Positions 28,102 to 36,086 of a stretch of 59,764 nucleotides of DNA are shown here, piece after piece. Under the pieces are notes generated by a model. That model saw only the letters and a list, made by a program, of their open reading frames with translations. It was not told the origin of the DNA and ran no database searches. This DNA is from a virus. Its lineage: Duplodnaviria > Caudoviricetes. Positions within the stretch are counted from its first letter, which is position 1, and every line of letters begins with the position of its first letter. The translations under genes were made by a program, and so were the position numbers. Where the stretch lies: the IMG/VR virus record IMGVR_UViG_3300048597_000258, positions 1 through 59,764 of that record. One strand, written 5' to 3'.

Positions 28102-28484
28102 AGCGTCACCGCCGCCATGAAGCACACGTAAAGCCCGCCGACGCACATCCAGAGGATCAGGTAGAGCAGGTCATCAAGGTCCTGCTCTTCCATCCAGTCG
28201 GCCCCCGGCGGGGATCTGCCGGGAGCCTTCTGGACAGGGGTATGTGTGTTTGGACTAGGCAGCCGGGGACCGCCCGGCGCGGAATCCGGCGTCCTGCCGG
28301 AATAAGAGACCGCCTCGCGAGTGGCCTGAGAATGGGAGGACCCAGGGTGGTTGTGCTGCGAGGCGGTGCGCGAAAAGACGTCGCGCGCGAGTTCGTTGTT
28401 GCGGCCCACCGCGATGATGCGGTGGGGCGGCAGGGTTGAAAGGCGGCCGCGGGGTGGGAAGGGGATGATTGTGCCGTGCTTCAT
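28098..28484 (-). CDS. Hypothetical ORF with C-terminal TM (may really start at 28193)
   Basis: Low-complexity middle overlaps a hairpin cluster; hydrophobic end. Confidence 0.35.
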   Translation of the reverse strand: MKHGTIIPFPPRGRLSTLPPHRIIAVGRNNELARDVFSRTASQHNHPGSSHSQATREAVSYSGRTPDSAPGGPRLPSPNTHTPVQKAPGRSPPGADWMEEQDLDDLLYLILWMCVGGLYVCFMAAVTL

Positions 28485-28714
28485 CACGCCCCCGCCCATG
28501 CCATCGTGCCCACGCGGGCAAGGTTCTTGATGTTGACCTGAGAAGGCTCCCTGTCGAAATCCCACTGCACATTCGCCAGCATGAACCCGGGGGTAAGTTC
28601 ATAGATGCTGCGGATCACGCCGCGCCTGAACGGCGCCGTGCCCGTGTACTGACCCGTGCTGCGCAGGAATGCAGCGCTGTAGCCCACGCGGTCGCCGACG
28701 GTGAGGTTGCTCAT
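28484..28714 (-). CDS. Small SH3-like protein
   Basis: LTVGDRV...VQWD...VNIKNL. Confidence 0.6.
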   Translation of the reverse strand: MSNLTVGDRVGYSAAFLRSTGQYTGTAPFRRGVIRSIYELTPGFMLANVQWDFDREPSQVNIKNLARVGTMAWAGA

Positions 28715-28968
28715 GTCCAGCCCTCCGCCTTGGCGATGGCGGCGCGGCCCGCATCATTGATCCGCAACGAGCCGCTGCTCCGATCAGCAAGACCACGGCG
28801 TTCAATGGCCAGACCAACGCCGTCGGCCACGCAGGCTTTCAATCCGGGGATCGGGTAGATGTTGCCGCGAGGCCGCTTCGCAGCGCGCTCAAGCGCCTCA
28901 AGCTGTGTATTGGTGATTGAAGGCGCGCATTCGCTGAATGCCGAAGGCCGCGGCGTGTGCTTGCTCAT
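28711..28968 (-). CDS. Small winged-helix-like protein
   Basis: ITNTQLEALE...IERRGLA...INDAGRAAI. Confidence 0.55.
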   Translation of the reverse strand: MSKHTPRPSAFSECAPSITNTQLEALERAAKRPRGNIYPIPGLKACVADGVGLAIERRGLADRSSGSLRINDAGRAAIAKAEGWT

Positions 28969-29180
28969 GCCTGCACCGCCATGTTCGAGTTCACTTCCTC
29001 GACGCGCCTCTCGAGCCAGCGCCGGGCTTCACTCTCCGTGGCGAAGTGCGGCGCATCCGTCTCCACCAAGCTGGCTCCCCAGATCTTGCGGCGGTCGGTG
29101 TAGACGCTCACCGTGAAGCCGTAGCGGTCCTGCCAGATGTAGAAGCAGCCCGGGGTCAGCAGCGGGGTGGCGGCGCTCAT
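28965..29180 (-). CDS. Hypothetical protein
   Basis: Coupled ORF in the early operon. Confidence 0.55.
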   Translation of the reverse strand: MSAATPLLTPGCFYIWQDRYGFTVSVYTDRRKIWGASLVETDAPHFATESEARRWLERRVEEVNSNMAVQA

Positions 29181-29181
29181 G

Positions 29182-29325
29182 TCAGAGCACCAGCAGGATG
29201 TAGGCGACCGCCGCGAGGCTGATCAGCGCTGCAAGGCAGCCCAGATCGTCAGCCAGGGTCCCTGGGGTGGTGTGGAGCGCCTTCGCCAGGGATTTGGCGC
29301 GGGTCCGAAGGTATGCGCGGTGCAT
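29182..29325 (-). CDS. First PL gene, 47-aa protein with C-terminal TM (not in ORF track)
   Basis: GGGAGG-CATC-ATG; MHRAYLRTRAK...LAALISLAAVAYILLVL. Confidence 0.6.
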   Translation of the reverse strand: MHRAYLRTRAKSLAKALHTTPGTLADDLGCLAALISLAAVAYILLVL

Positions 29326-29349
29326 GATGCCTCCCTTAAGATGGGAGGA

Positions 29350-29389
29350 GCATTAAAGTCATGCTTTAGGCATGTCAAGTCTTACTTTA
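29350..29389 (-). promoter_or_regulatory. PL promoter with two operators (OL)
   Basis: TTGACA-N17-TAATGC on the minus strand, overlapped by TAAAG-N5-CTTTA (29354-29368) and TCAAG-N5-CTTTA (29375-29389). Confidence 0.75.
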
Positions 29390-29449
29390 TTTTCGCGTAT
29401 CACGGTTGGGCGCCGCAGACAGCGAAACCTTGGCAGTGGTGCATTCACA

Positions 29450-29479
29450 TTGACAGGCGGGAATTCCTCAGTTTGTAAT
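29450..29479 (+). promoter_or_regulatory. Sigma70-type promoter of moron operon
   Basis: TTGACA-N18-TGTAAT, 30 nt upstream of ATG 29509. Confidence 0.65.
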
Positions 29480-29508
29480 TCCCTTTACTGAGCGGGAGAT
29501 CCGAAAAC

Positions 29509-29862
29509 ATGCAGAGGGCGGGTGGTATTGTTGCTTTGATCGCTGGAATTTTTGGAGTTCTGGCTGCAGGTATGACGCTGTTCATCGGTGGTGTAGGCGG
29601 CGCCTTGGAGGCGGAGTCGGCCGGTACGGTCGTCATGCTGGGGTGGGGCGGGGTTGCGTTCTCGTTCCTCACAATTGTACTGGCTGCCGTCGCTATGGGG
29701 GCGAACAGCCGTTGGCCCGGAGTTCTGTTAATCCTTTGCGCAATTGCCGGGGCCATTCTGGGTGGCACGCTCGTCGCGGTGTTCATGGCGCTCGCCCTGA
29801 TCGGAGGTATCTTGGCAATGCTAGGCAGACGAGCGCCTTCAGATAGAGCGGTCAAGCAATGA
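29509..29862 (+). CDS. Multi-TM Gly/Ala-rich membrane protein (lysogeny moron)
   Basis: 3-4 hydrophobic helices; own promoter; GGGAG RBS. Confidence 0.75.
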   Translation: MQRAGGIVALIAGIFGVLAAGMTLFIGGVGGALEAESAGTVVMLGWGGVAFSFLTIVLAAVAMGANSRWPGVLLILCAIAGAILGGTLVAVFMALALIGGILAMLGRRAPSDRAVKQ

Positions 29863-30194
29863 AAACAGATCGCCAGCTTTCCTTCGCCGTTGCGATGATG
29901 CTTGGTTTCAGCGTTCAATCTGCCATGGCCGATTCCTTGAAAGCAATGAAGACTGCAACTAACCTGGGCAGCGTCCTCGCCGCCGAGGATGCTTGCGGCC
30001 TTACATATGATCAAGAAGCAATTTCAGCTTTTATTGAGAAGCACGTCGATGCCGACGATATGGATTTTCCTTCGACGCTGAAGCTGATGACGGAAGGCTC
30101 CAAATTCCAACTGACAGAGATGAGCAAGTCGGAACTCACTGCCTACTGCACCCAAGTCAAGAGGCTTGCGAAAACCTACGGCTTCACTCGGTAG
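29859..30194 (+). CDS. Secreted/periplasmic protein with Cys pair
   Basis: Signal peptide ending SAMA; C...C; ATGA-coupled. Confidence 0.7.
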   Translation: MKTDRQLSFAVAMMLGFSVQSAMADSLKAMKTATNLGSVLAAEDACGLTYDQEAISAFIEKHVDADDMDFPSTLKLMTEGSKFQLTEMSKSELTAYCTQVKRLAKTYGFTR

Positions 30195-30241
30195 TTGTTT
30201 CTAAGACTTCCGGCATCAATCATTGAATGTCATGAAGGCAT

Positions 30242-31027
30242 TCACATCCGAGACACTCGGCCCGACACCCGTCCAATGATCCGAATATCGTCCAGCCTCA
30301 GGGTATAAGGCTCGTGGCGGGGGTTGTCGGAGATGATCCGGACCTCCGCCGGCTCCGACCTGCGGATCAGTTGCAGGCGCTTTACCATCGGGCCGTCTCC
30401 CTCCTCGATCACGTAGATGCCGTCGGGCGTCGGCCGGGAGTGGCTGGTGTCGACGATGACCCGGTCGCCGGTCTCAAGGGTTGGGGACATGCTGTCGCCC
30501 ACCACCTCGAGCACCATGATGCCACCGGGCTGCACGTGCAGTTCGTGCCGCAGGAAAGCGCTCGGAAAAACCCAGTCCGAAATCACCCGGTGTCCGACGT
30601 AGGTCTCTCCCCGTTGCAGCGTGACGATCTCGTGGTCGCCAACCTGGCCCGATCCGGCGCCCGCCCTCGCATCAACTTCAGGCACCGCTCCCGGTACGCC
30701 GCTCTTGTAGTTCTCAAGGCTGCTCTTGCCGTTGTTCTCGCGCTGCTCGCGACCAGGCAGGCCGGCGGCTATTTCCTCAGAGGAGACGTGCTCGAGTTCA
30801 CCGGTCACGAGCCATGAAAGCGGACAGTCAAGAATTGCAGCAAGCTTCGTGAGGTTTGGCAGGGTTGGAGTATCTTCGCCTCGTTCCCACTGAGAGACCG
30901 CTTGTGGAGAAACACCTATGCGATCAGCGACCTCGCGCTGATTGTATTCCGTGAATTCCTTTCTCGCGAACTGCAGTCGCTTAGCCAAAGTCAGGTTATC
31001 CGGAAGCTTTTGCATTCTCAGCACCAT
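30242..31027 (-). CDS. cI: CI-like repressor (XRE HTH + S24 peptidase)
   Basis: QREVADRIGVSPQAVSQWERG; AGAG cleavage site; VVGDSMSP and MVKRL. Start may be 31015. Confidence 0.95.
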   Translation of the reverse strand: MVLRMQKLPDNLTLAKRLQFARKEFTEYNQREVADRIGVSPQAVSQWERGEDTPTLPNLTKLAAILDCPLSWLVTGELEHVSSEEIAAGLPGREQRENNGKSSLENYKSGVPGAVPEVDARAGAGSGQVGDHEIVTLQRGETYVGHRVISDWVFPSAFLRHELHVQPGGIMVLEVVGDSMSPTLETGDRVIVDTSHSRPTPDGIYVIEEGDGPMVKRLQLIRRSEPAEVRIISDNPRHEPYTLRLDDIRIIGRVSGRVSRM

Positions 31028-31088
31028 AAAGCCCCGCTTTCGATAGTCACCAAAGCTGTACTTGCGTCTTTTTTAAAGTCGTGCTTTA
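31027..31088. promoter_or_regulatory. OR region with three operators
   Basis: TAAAG-N5-CTTTC (31027), CAAAG-N5-CTTGC (31051) and TAAAG-N5-CTTTA (31074); 24/23-bp spacing. Confidence 0.8.
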
Positions 31089-31098
31089 TTTCCGCGTC

Positions 31099-31299
31099 AT
31101 GGATAAAGCTCTTGAGAACGCAATCCGGACGGCAGGCTCTTCCAAGGCCCTTGCTGAAAAGCTTGGGGTTACCGCTCAAGCCATCTCCCAGTGGACACGG
31201 GTGCCAGCCCTTCGCGTCCTCGACGTGGAGCGTGCGACAGGCGTCTCCCGACACGATCTCCGTCCCGATTTGTACCCCCGAGAAGGGGAAGCAGCATGA
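31099..31299 (+). CDS. cro: Cro-like protein (YdaS family)
   Basis: LAEKLGVTAQAISQW...VSRHDLRPDLY; divergent from cI; no SD (likely leaderless). Confidence 0.92.
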   Translation: MDKALENAIRTAGSSKALAEKLGVTAQAISQWTRVPALRVLDVERATGVSRHDLRPDLYPREGEAA

Positions 31300-32006
31300 A
31301 CCACTTGGCGGTGATGCCCAGGGAGACGCTGCCGCAGTTGATCGACAAGGCAACTGCCGCGCTCGATGCGGCGCGCACCAGCGCGGAAGTGCTGGAAGCC
31401 CGCGAAATGGCGCGGCTCGCCTATGACGCCGCGAAGAGCGCCGCACGCATCGCCAAGGCGAAGCAAGCTCATGACACGCTGATGGTCGAGGTGCATCGCT
31501 CTCAGGCTCATGCGCTTGCCATTCGTGCGCGTGCCGAGATGCGGCTCGCGGAGGAATACGACGCCGCGCAGGAGCGGGGCGAGGTGGCGAGCGGATCGGT
31601 TAGGACCGACATCGTTGCGAGCCACAACGATGTTCGCCCTGCTACCGCCGCCGACCTCGGCCTGCGCCGCGATGAGATCCACGAGGCCCGCAAGCTCCGC
31701 GATGCCGAGGCGGCCGAACCCGGCATCGTCGCGCGCACCATCAACGATATGGTGGAGCAGGGCGAAGAGCCGACAAGCGCCGCTCTGCGCCGCAAGATCA
31801 CCGAGCGCACACCGCCTCCAAAGCGCGAAATCGACCGCAGAGCGCTGTGGCTCTGGGGGCGGCTGCAGGACTTCGAGCGGGACGGTGTGATCGCGGCCGG
31901 GGCGCAGTTTCTCGCTAGCGAAATGACACCGGCCATGCGGCAGGACGTGCGCCGCCTCACACCGAAGGTGACTGAATTCCTGGCCGAACTGGAGCGCTTC
32001 GCATGA
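31296..32006 (+). CDS. Helical phage protein with HTH-like segment
   Basis: RAEMRLAEEYDAAQERGEVA...TAADLGLRRDEIHEARKL. Confidence 0.7.
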   Translation: MNHLAVMPRETLPQLIDKATAALDAARTSAEVLEAREMARLAYDAAKSAARIAKAKQAHDTLMVEVHRSQAHALAIRARAEMRLAEEYDAAQERGEVASGSVRTDIVASHNDVRPATAADLGLRRDEIHEARKLRDAEAAEPGIVARTINDMVEQGEEPTSAALRRKITERTPPPKREIDRRALWLWGRLQDFERDGVIAAGAQFLASEMTPAMRQDVRRLTPKVTEFLAELERFA

Positions 32007-32455
32007 ACGAGCATGGCCGCATCATCGAAGAGATCAGCCGCCAGTACGATCAATGGAGCCATGCCGTTATCGTGTCTCCGTCGGCTCTGGCCCATGGCGT
32101 CTACACCTCCATAGCGAGCGGCGCCGAAAGTGACGCCTGCAACTATCTCAGCCTTGAGCACCTCAAGCACATGTGTCGCGATTTCCTCCGCAGACGGAAG
32201 GATGCGGACGGTGAAGAGAACGAAGCGCACGGCGCGCAGGGCGAGTTCGACCTTGGCATCAGGTTCAGCGGAAAGCTTCAGGATCGCTATCCGATTCCCC
32301 GCAAGTCGGGAGAGGAGCCGGCTTACAAGCTTCGCCATCACCTCACTCCTGAGGAACGCCTCTGGAACGTGAACCAGCTTCGCAAGTCTGCGCAGGCTCG
32401 CCTTGAGCATGCGGACGCTCTGCAGGCGGAGGGAAGTGAGCGTGAAGCAGCATGA
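32003..32455 (+). CDS. Hypothetical protein
   Basis: ATGA-coupled; LQDRYP...LEHADAL. Confidence 0.7.
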   Translation: MNEHGRIIEEISRQYDQWSHAVIVSPSALAHGVYTSIASGAESDACNYLSLEHLKHMCRDFLRRRKDADGEENEAHGAQGEFDLGIRFSGKLQDRYPIPRKSGEEPAYKLRHHLTPEERLWNVNQLRKSAQARLEHADALQAEGSEREAA

Positions 32456-32514
32456 GTTTTCGCAACAACAAGAGACCGAAGGGGTGAGTGAGTAGCAGCC
32501 CATGAGCAGGGAGC

Positions 32515-32937
32515 ATGGGCCATCAGGAGTCATTGGCGATGAACACGAAGTGCGGATTTTCGAATGACGCCACCAGCGGCGTCGAGCGCGCAACGGAACT
32601 GGTGAAGGCGTTTTTCCAGGCGAGCAGAGGACGACACGAGAATGACGACCAGACAGTCAGGGACATCGCACAGCGGGCGCGGATCAGCCCCGCAGAGGTC
32701 CGAAAGTTCCTCCAGCCCTCTCGCAGACCAAAGGATGTCTCCCTCGGCGTCTGGTCCCGCCTCGCAGGGGCATACAGCCGATATCTCCGCCAGCAACTCC
32801 ACGCTCTCGAGATGGAGATCGCGCGCCTCGAGGGCATGGACCCTGATGACCGCGCCCTTCGCGATCTGCTCGATGATGCAGAAAGTCTCGTCCGAAAGAT
32901 CAAGGCGGCAACAGCCGTCGAAGAGCCGCAAGGATGA
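32515..32937 (+). CDS. CII-position HTH regulator
   Basis: VRDIAQRARISPAEVRKFL HTH plus C-terminal coiled coil. Confidence 0.6.
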   Translation: MGHQESLAMNTKCGFSNDATSGVERATELVKAFFQASRGRHENDDQTVRDIAQRARISPAEVRKFLQPSRRPKDVSLGVWSRLAGAYSRYLRQQLHALEMEIARLEGMDPDDRALRDLLDDAESLVRKIKAATAVEEPQG

Positions 32938-33002
32938 GCAGGAGCCGCTGAGTTCCGATGCGCCCTTTCTTTAATCAACCAGCCAGCAGAAAGGCAACCT
33001 GA

Positions 33003-33608
33003 ATGGACGTGCTATCGAAACCAAGGACCGGCAGCCGCCGGAGAGTGCATCAGGACACGGCGCCGAGGGAGATAAGACCGGACGCAGGTTCCAACGGCGT
33101 CGACGCGGAGACTTTCCTCGTCTGGCTCGGCAAGATCGAGCAGGAGAAGGCGCTGGTCGAAAAGGCGCGCAAGCGCTACGGCAAGATCTGGAAGCTCGCG
33201 CTCAATGCAGGCATCTGCCGCAAGGACCTCGAGATGGTCATGCGGTTCGCCGACCAGGATCCCGATGCCGTCCTTCGGACGCTGAGCAACATCAAGCAGT
33301 ACGCCCAATGGATGGACGTGCCGATCGGCACCCAGCTTTCCATCTTCGAGATTCCGAGCAGCAGCATTCTCTCGAATGCCGAGCTTGGTGAGCGCGCGTA
33401 TCGTGCGGGCTACGTCGCCGGCATCACCGGCAAGAACCCGGATACCGAAGCCTATCCCGCTGACAACGAGCATCATCAGCGCCACATGGAAGGGTGGCAC
33501 GCCGGCCAGAAGATCCTGCTCGACCGCATCCAGCCGATCAACATCGCGCTGGACAGCGAGGGCAAGGCAGAACAGGCCGAGGAAGATGGCGAAGAGGAGG
33601 CCGCCTGA
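33003..33608 (+). CDS. GapR/DUF2312-like helical domain fused to Rmf-like domain
   Basis: N-terminal helical pattern resembles GapR; ERAYRAGYVAGITGK...Y...GW resembles RMF. Confidence 0.55.
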   Translation: MDVLSKPRTGSRRRVHQDTAPREIRPDAGSNGVDAETFLVWLGKIEQEKALVEKARKRYGKIWKLALNAGICRKDLEMVMRFADQDPDAVLRTLSNIKQYAQWMDVPIGTQLSIFEIPSSSILSNAELGERAYRAGYVAGITGKNPDTEAYPADNEHHQRHMEGWHAGQKILLDRIQPINIALDSEGKAEQAEEDGEEEAA

Positions 33609-34168
33609 TGGGCTTCGTCTGGACCGACGATCATGTGGGCGAGATGAGGAGGCTCCTCAAGGATGGCCTCTCTTGCACCCAGGTCGGGGCGCGCCTCGGC
33701 TGCTCGCGCAACGCGGTGATCGGCAAGGTGCACCGCATCGAGAAGGCCACGGGGGAAAGCTGGTTCCGGGCGAAGGGGACGAGGCATGGACCTCAGGTCC
33801 GTGTACCTGGCGCTGAGCCGCGCAAGAGGCCTGCGCGCGCTGAGACACCGCGGCTTGTGCTGGTTTCCCCCCCGAGTGAGCCAAAACCGCCACCGCCATC
33901 TCCGCGCCGTGCACAGCCGCTGCCCGGCGCCATCACTCTCAAGGGCGAAAAGCCCGTCGCGCCCGGAACGGAGTGCGGCATCCTGCAGGCGAGCGGGTGC
34001 CGCTGGGCCGTCGGCCACGATCACACGGTGATCGGTCACCACATCTTCTGCAACGCCGAAGTCGCGGAGGGGCAGCGCTACTGCGAGGTTCACCGCAAGA
34101 AGAATGTCAGCGCGATCACGAAGGCTGCCGTTCTTGTCAGGCGCAAGGCGGAGAGGCGGTTCGCGTGA
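33608..34168 (+). CDS. gcrA: GcrA-family transcription regulator
   Basis: WTDDHV...GLSCTQVGARLGCSRNAVIGKVHR; C-terminal CRW...FC...YCEVH. Confidence 0.9.
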   Translation: MGFVWTDDHVGEMRRLLKDGLSCTQVGARLGCSRNAVIGKVHRIEKATGESWFRAKGTRHGPQVRVPGAEPRKRPARAETPRLVLVSPPSEPKPPPPSPRRAQPLPGAITLKGEKPVAPGTECGILQASGCRWAVGHDHTVIGHHIFCNAEVAEGQRYCEVHRKKNVSAITKAAVLVRRKAERRFA

Positions 34169-34434
34169 TCGTGATGCTCACCACCTCGATGCAGAACCGC
34201 AACGGCGCGCTGGTCTGGTTCACGCTGGACATTCCCGCGTGCCACGATCTGGACGAGGTGTTCGAAGCGCTCCGTACCGATTCCGTGCTGCGCGGCGAGA
34301 GGATCGACACCGCCGTGACCTCCGGGGCGCGCCGGGTCACGCGCCGCACGCCCTGCATCATTGCCCTCTCCGCGATCTGCCTCATCACGCCGATGACGGT
34401 CGAGGTCCTCTCCGAAACGGGGGAGGCGCTGTGA
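34165..34434 (+). CDS. Hypothetical protein
   Basis: GTGA-coupled on both sides. Confidence 0.6.
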   Translation: MIVMLTTSMQNRNGALVWFTLDIPACHDLDEVFEALRTDSVLRGERIDTAVTSGARRVTRRTPCIIALSAICLITPMTVEVLSETGEAL

Positions 34435-36086
34435 AATACCTCTCCGTGTGTTCAGGGATCGAGGCCGCCACGGTGGCGTGGCATGGCCTGGGCTGGGCCC
34501 CGCTCGCCTTCAGCGAGATCGAGCCATTCGCCCGGGCGGTGCTCGCCCATCATTATCCCCACGTGCCGCTGCATGGCGACTTCACGCTGCTGCGCGATCA
34601 GCCGTGGATCGTGGATGCCGACATCCTCGTCGGCGGAACACCATGTCAGGCCTTCTCTGTCGCGGGCCTGCGCAACTCGCTCGCGGACGAGCGGGGCAAC
34701 CTTTCCCTGGAATTTGTGAGGCTGGCAGATGCAATTGACGATCTTCGATTCGCCGGAAGGGGGGGCAGGCCGCCCTGTATCGTCGTCTGGGAGAATGTCC
34801 CCGGCGTCCTCTCGGTGCGCGACAACGCATTCGGGTGTGTCCTCGCGGCCCTGGCGGGAGACGCGGCCCCCTACGATCCGCCTCGGGGGAAATGGACAAA
34901 CGCGGGTGTGGTTGATGGACCCGCGCGAACAGTCGCGTGGCGGATCCTCGATGCCCAATATTTCGGACTGGCCCAACGACGCCGTCGTGTGTTCGTTGTC
35001 GCAAGTGCTCGAGAGGGGTTCGATCCCGCGGCGGTTCTTCTTGAGTTCGAAGGCCTGCGCCGGGATACTCCGCCGCGCCGCGAAACGGGGAAAGACGCTG
35101 CCGCCGGCGCTCGATTCGGCACTTCGGTCAGTAGCGGCAGCGGATGGTGGTCCGACAGCGGCGGCCTAGGGGCCACGCTCCGCGCGCAGGACAGCGTCAC
35201 CAAGGCCGACACCCTGGTGCATGGCCGCAGCAGGGAGCGCAGCCACTGGGACGGGATGGAAAATCCCCACCCGACCCTGAACCAGTCCTTCAACACCGGC
35301 GCTATCGGTTACAGCAACCAGGAACTGTTCAGCCAGCGCGGGGCAGGGCTCGTGGGCGAAGCCTCGACAGGTGATGTCTCCCATTGCCTCAACGCCGGCG
35401 GCATGGGCCGCCTCGATTACGAGACCGAGACGCTCGTCACCCATGCGCTGCGCGGTGAAGGCTTCGATGCGTCGGAGGACGGCACGGGCAGAGGCACGCC
35501 GCTGGTGCCGGTCGCTTTCTCCTCCAAGGATCATGGCGCCGACGCCAGCGAGGATCTGTCACCGACGCTTCGCGCCATGCCGCACCACGGCAGCCATGCA
35601 AATGGCGGCGGACAGATGGCGGTCGCCATCCCGATCAGCGAGGTTGGCAAGCGGACCGGGCCTTCTTCGAACGATGACCCGCGTGCCGGGATCGGCATCG
35701 GCGAGGACGGCGATCCCATGTTTACGCTCCAGGCCGGAGCAAGGCACGGCGTCGCGGCCTATGCCTTCCAGCCCCGCATTGCCCGCAATGGAAGGGGCGA
35801 CATGGGCGAGGTGGTGAACGCCCTCAACGCCCAATCCGGTGAGACGGGGAAGGGGGATGCCGCGCCCTGCGTCGCAGCCGGCATGGCGGTCAGAAGACTG
35901 ACCCCCGTCGAGGCGGAGAGGCTCCAGGGTTTTTCCGACAATTACACTGCCATCCCTTGGCGAGGGAAACCATCCAGCGATTGCCCCGACGGGCCACGCT
36001 ACAAGGCCCTCGGCAATTCCATGGCGGTCAACGTGATGCGCTGGATCGGTGAACGCATCGCCAGCGAAGTTGGAGGCGGGGCATGA
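34431..36086 (+). CDS. C5-cytosine DNA methyltransferase with long variable region
   Basis: SVCSGIEA (I), GGTPCQAFS (IV), WENVPG (VI), QRRRRVF (VIII), RRLTPVEAERLQGF (IX), YKALGNS (X). Confidence 0.93.
   Translation: MKYLSVCSGIEAATVAWHGLGWAPLAFSEIEPFARAVLAHHYPHVPLHGDFTLLRDQPWIVDADILVGGTPCQAFSVAGLRNSLADERGNLSLEFVRLADAIDDLRFAGRGGRPPCIVVWENVPGVLSVRDNAFGCVLAALAGDAAPYDPPRGKWTNAGVVDGPARTVAWRILDAQYFGLAQRRRRVFVVASAREGFDPAAVLLEFEGLRRDTPPRRETGKDAAAGARFGTSVSSGSGWWSDSGGLGATLRAQDSVTKADTLVHGRSRERSHWDGMENPHPTLNQSFNTGAIGYSNQELFSQRGAGLVGEASTGDVSHCLNAGGMGRLDYETETLVTHALRGEGFDASEDGTGRGTPLVPVAFSSKDHGADASEDLSPTLRAMPHHGSHANGGGQMAVAIPISEVGKRTGPSSNDDPRAGIGIGEDGDPMFTLQAGARHGVAAYAFQPRIARNGRGDMGEVVNALNAQSGETGKGDAAPCVAAGMAVRRLTPVEAERLQGFSDNYTAIPWRGKPSSDCPDGPRYKALGNSMAVNVMRWIGERIASEVGGGA
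34729..35169 (+). CDS. Nested alternative-frame ORF, putative MTase beta-type subunit
   Basis: GAGG upstream of ATG; SLSQVLE...RRFFLSSKACAGILRRA segment. Confidence 0.55.
   Translation: MQLTIFDSPEGGAGRPVSSSGRMSPASSRCATTHSGVSSRPWRETRPPTIRLGGNGQTRVWLMDPREQSRGGSSMPNISDWPNDAVVCSLSQVLERGSIPRRFFLSSKACAGILRRAAKRGKTLPPALDSALRSVAAADGGPTAAA

Noticed and set aside
29330-29348. CCTCCC-N7-GGGAGG hairpin that could mask the first PL gene's RBS
   Set aside because: The predicted TSS (about 29343) would exclude most of one arm, so it probably does not form in the transcript.
31296-32006. Possible fifth methyltransferase (N-terminus like those fused to phage MT-A70 enzymes)
   Set aside because: No DPPW/DPPY or SAM-binding motif in the ORF.
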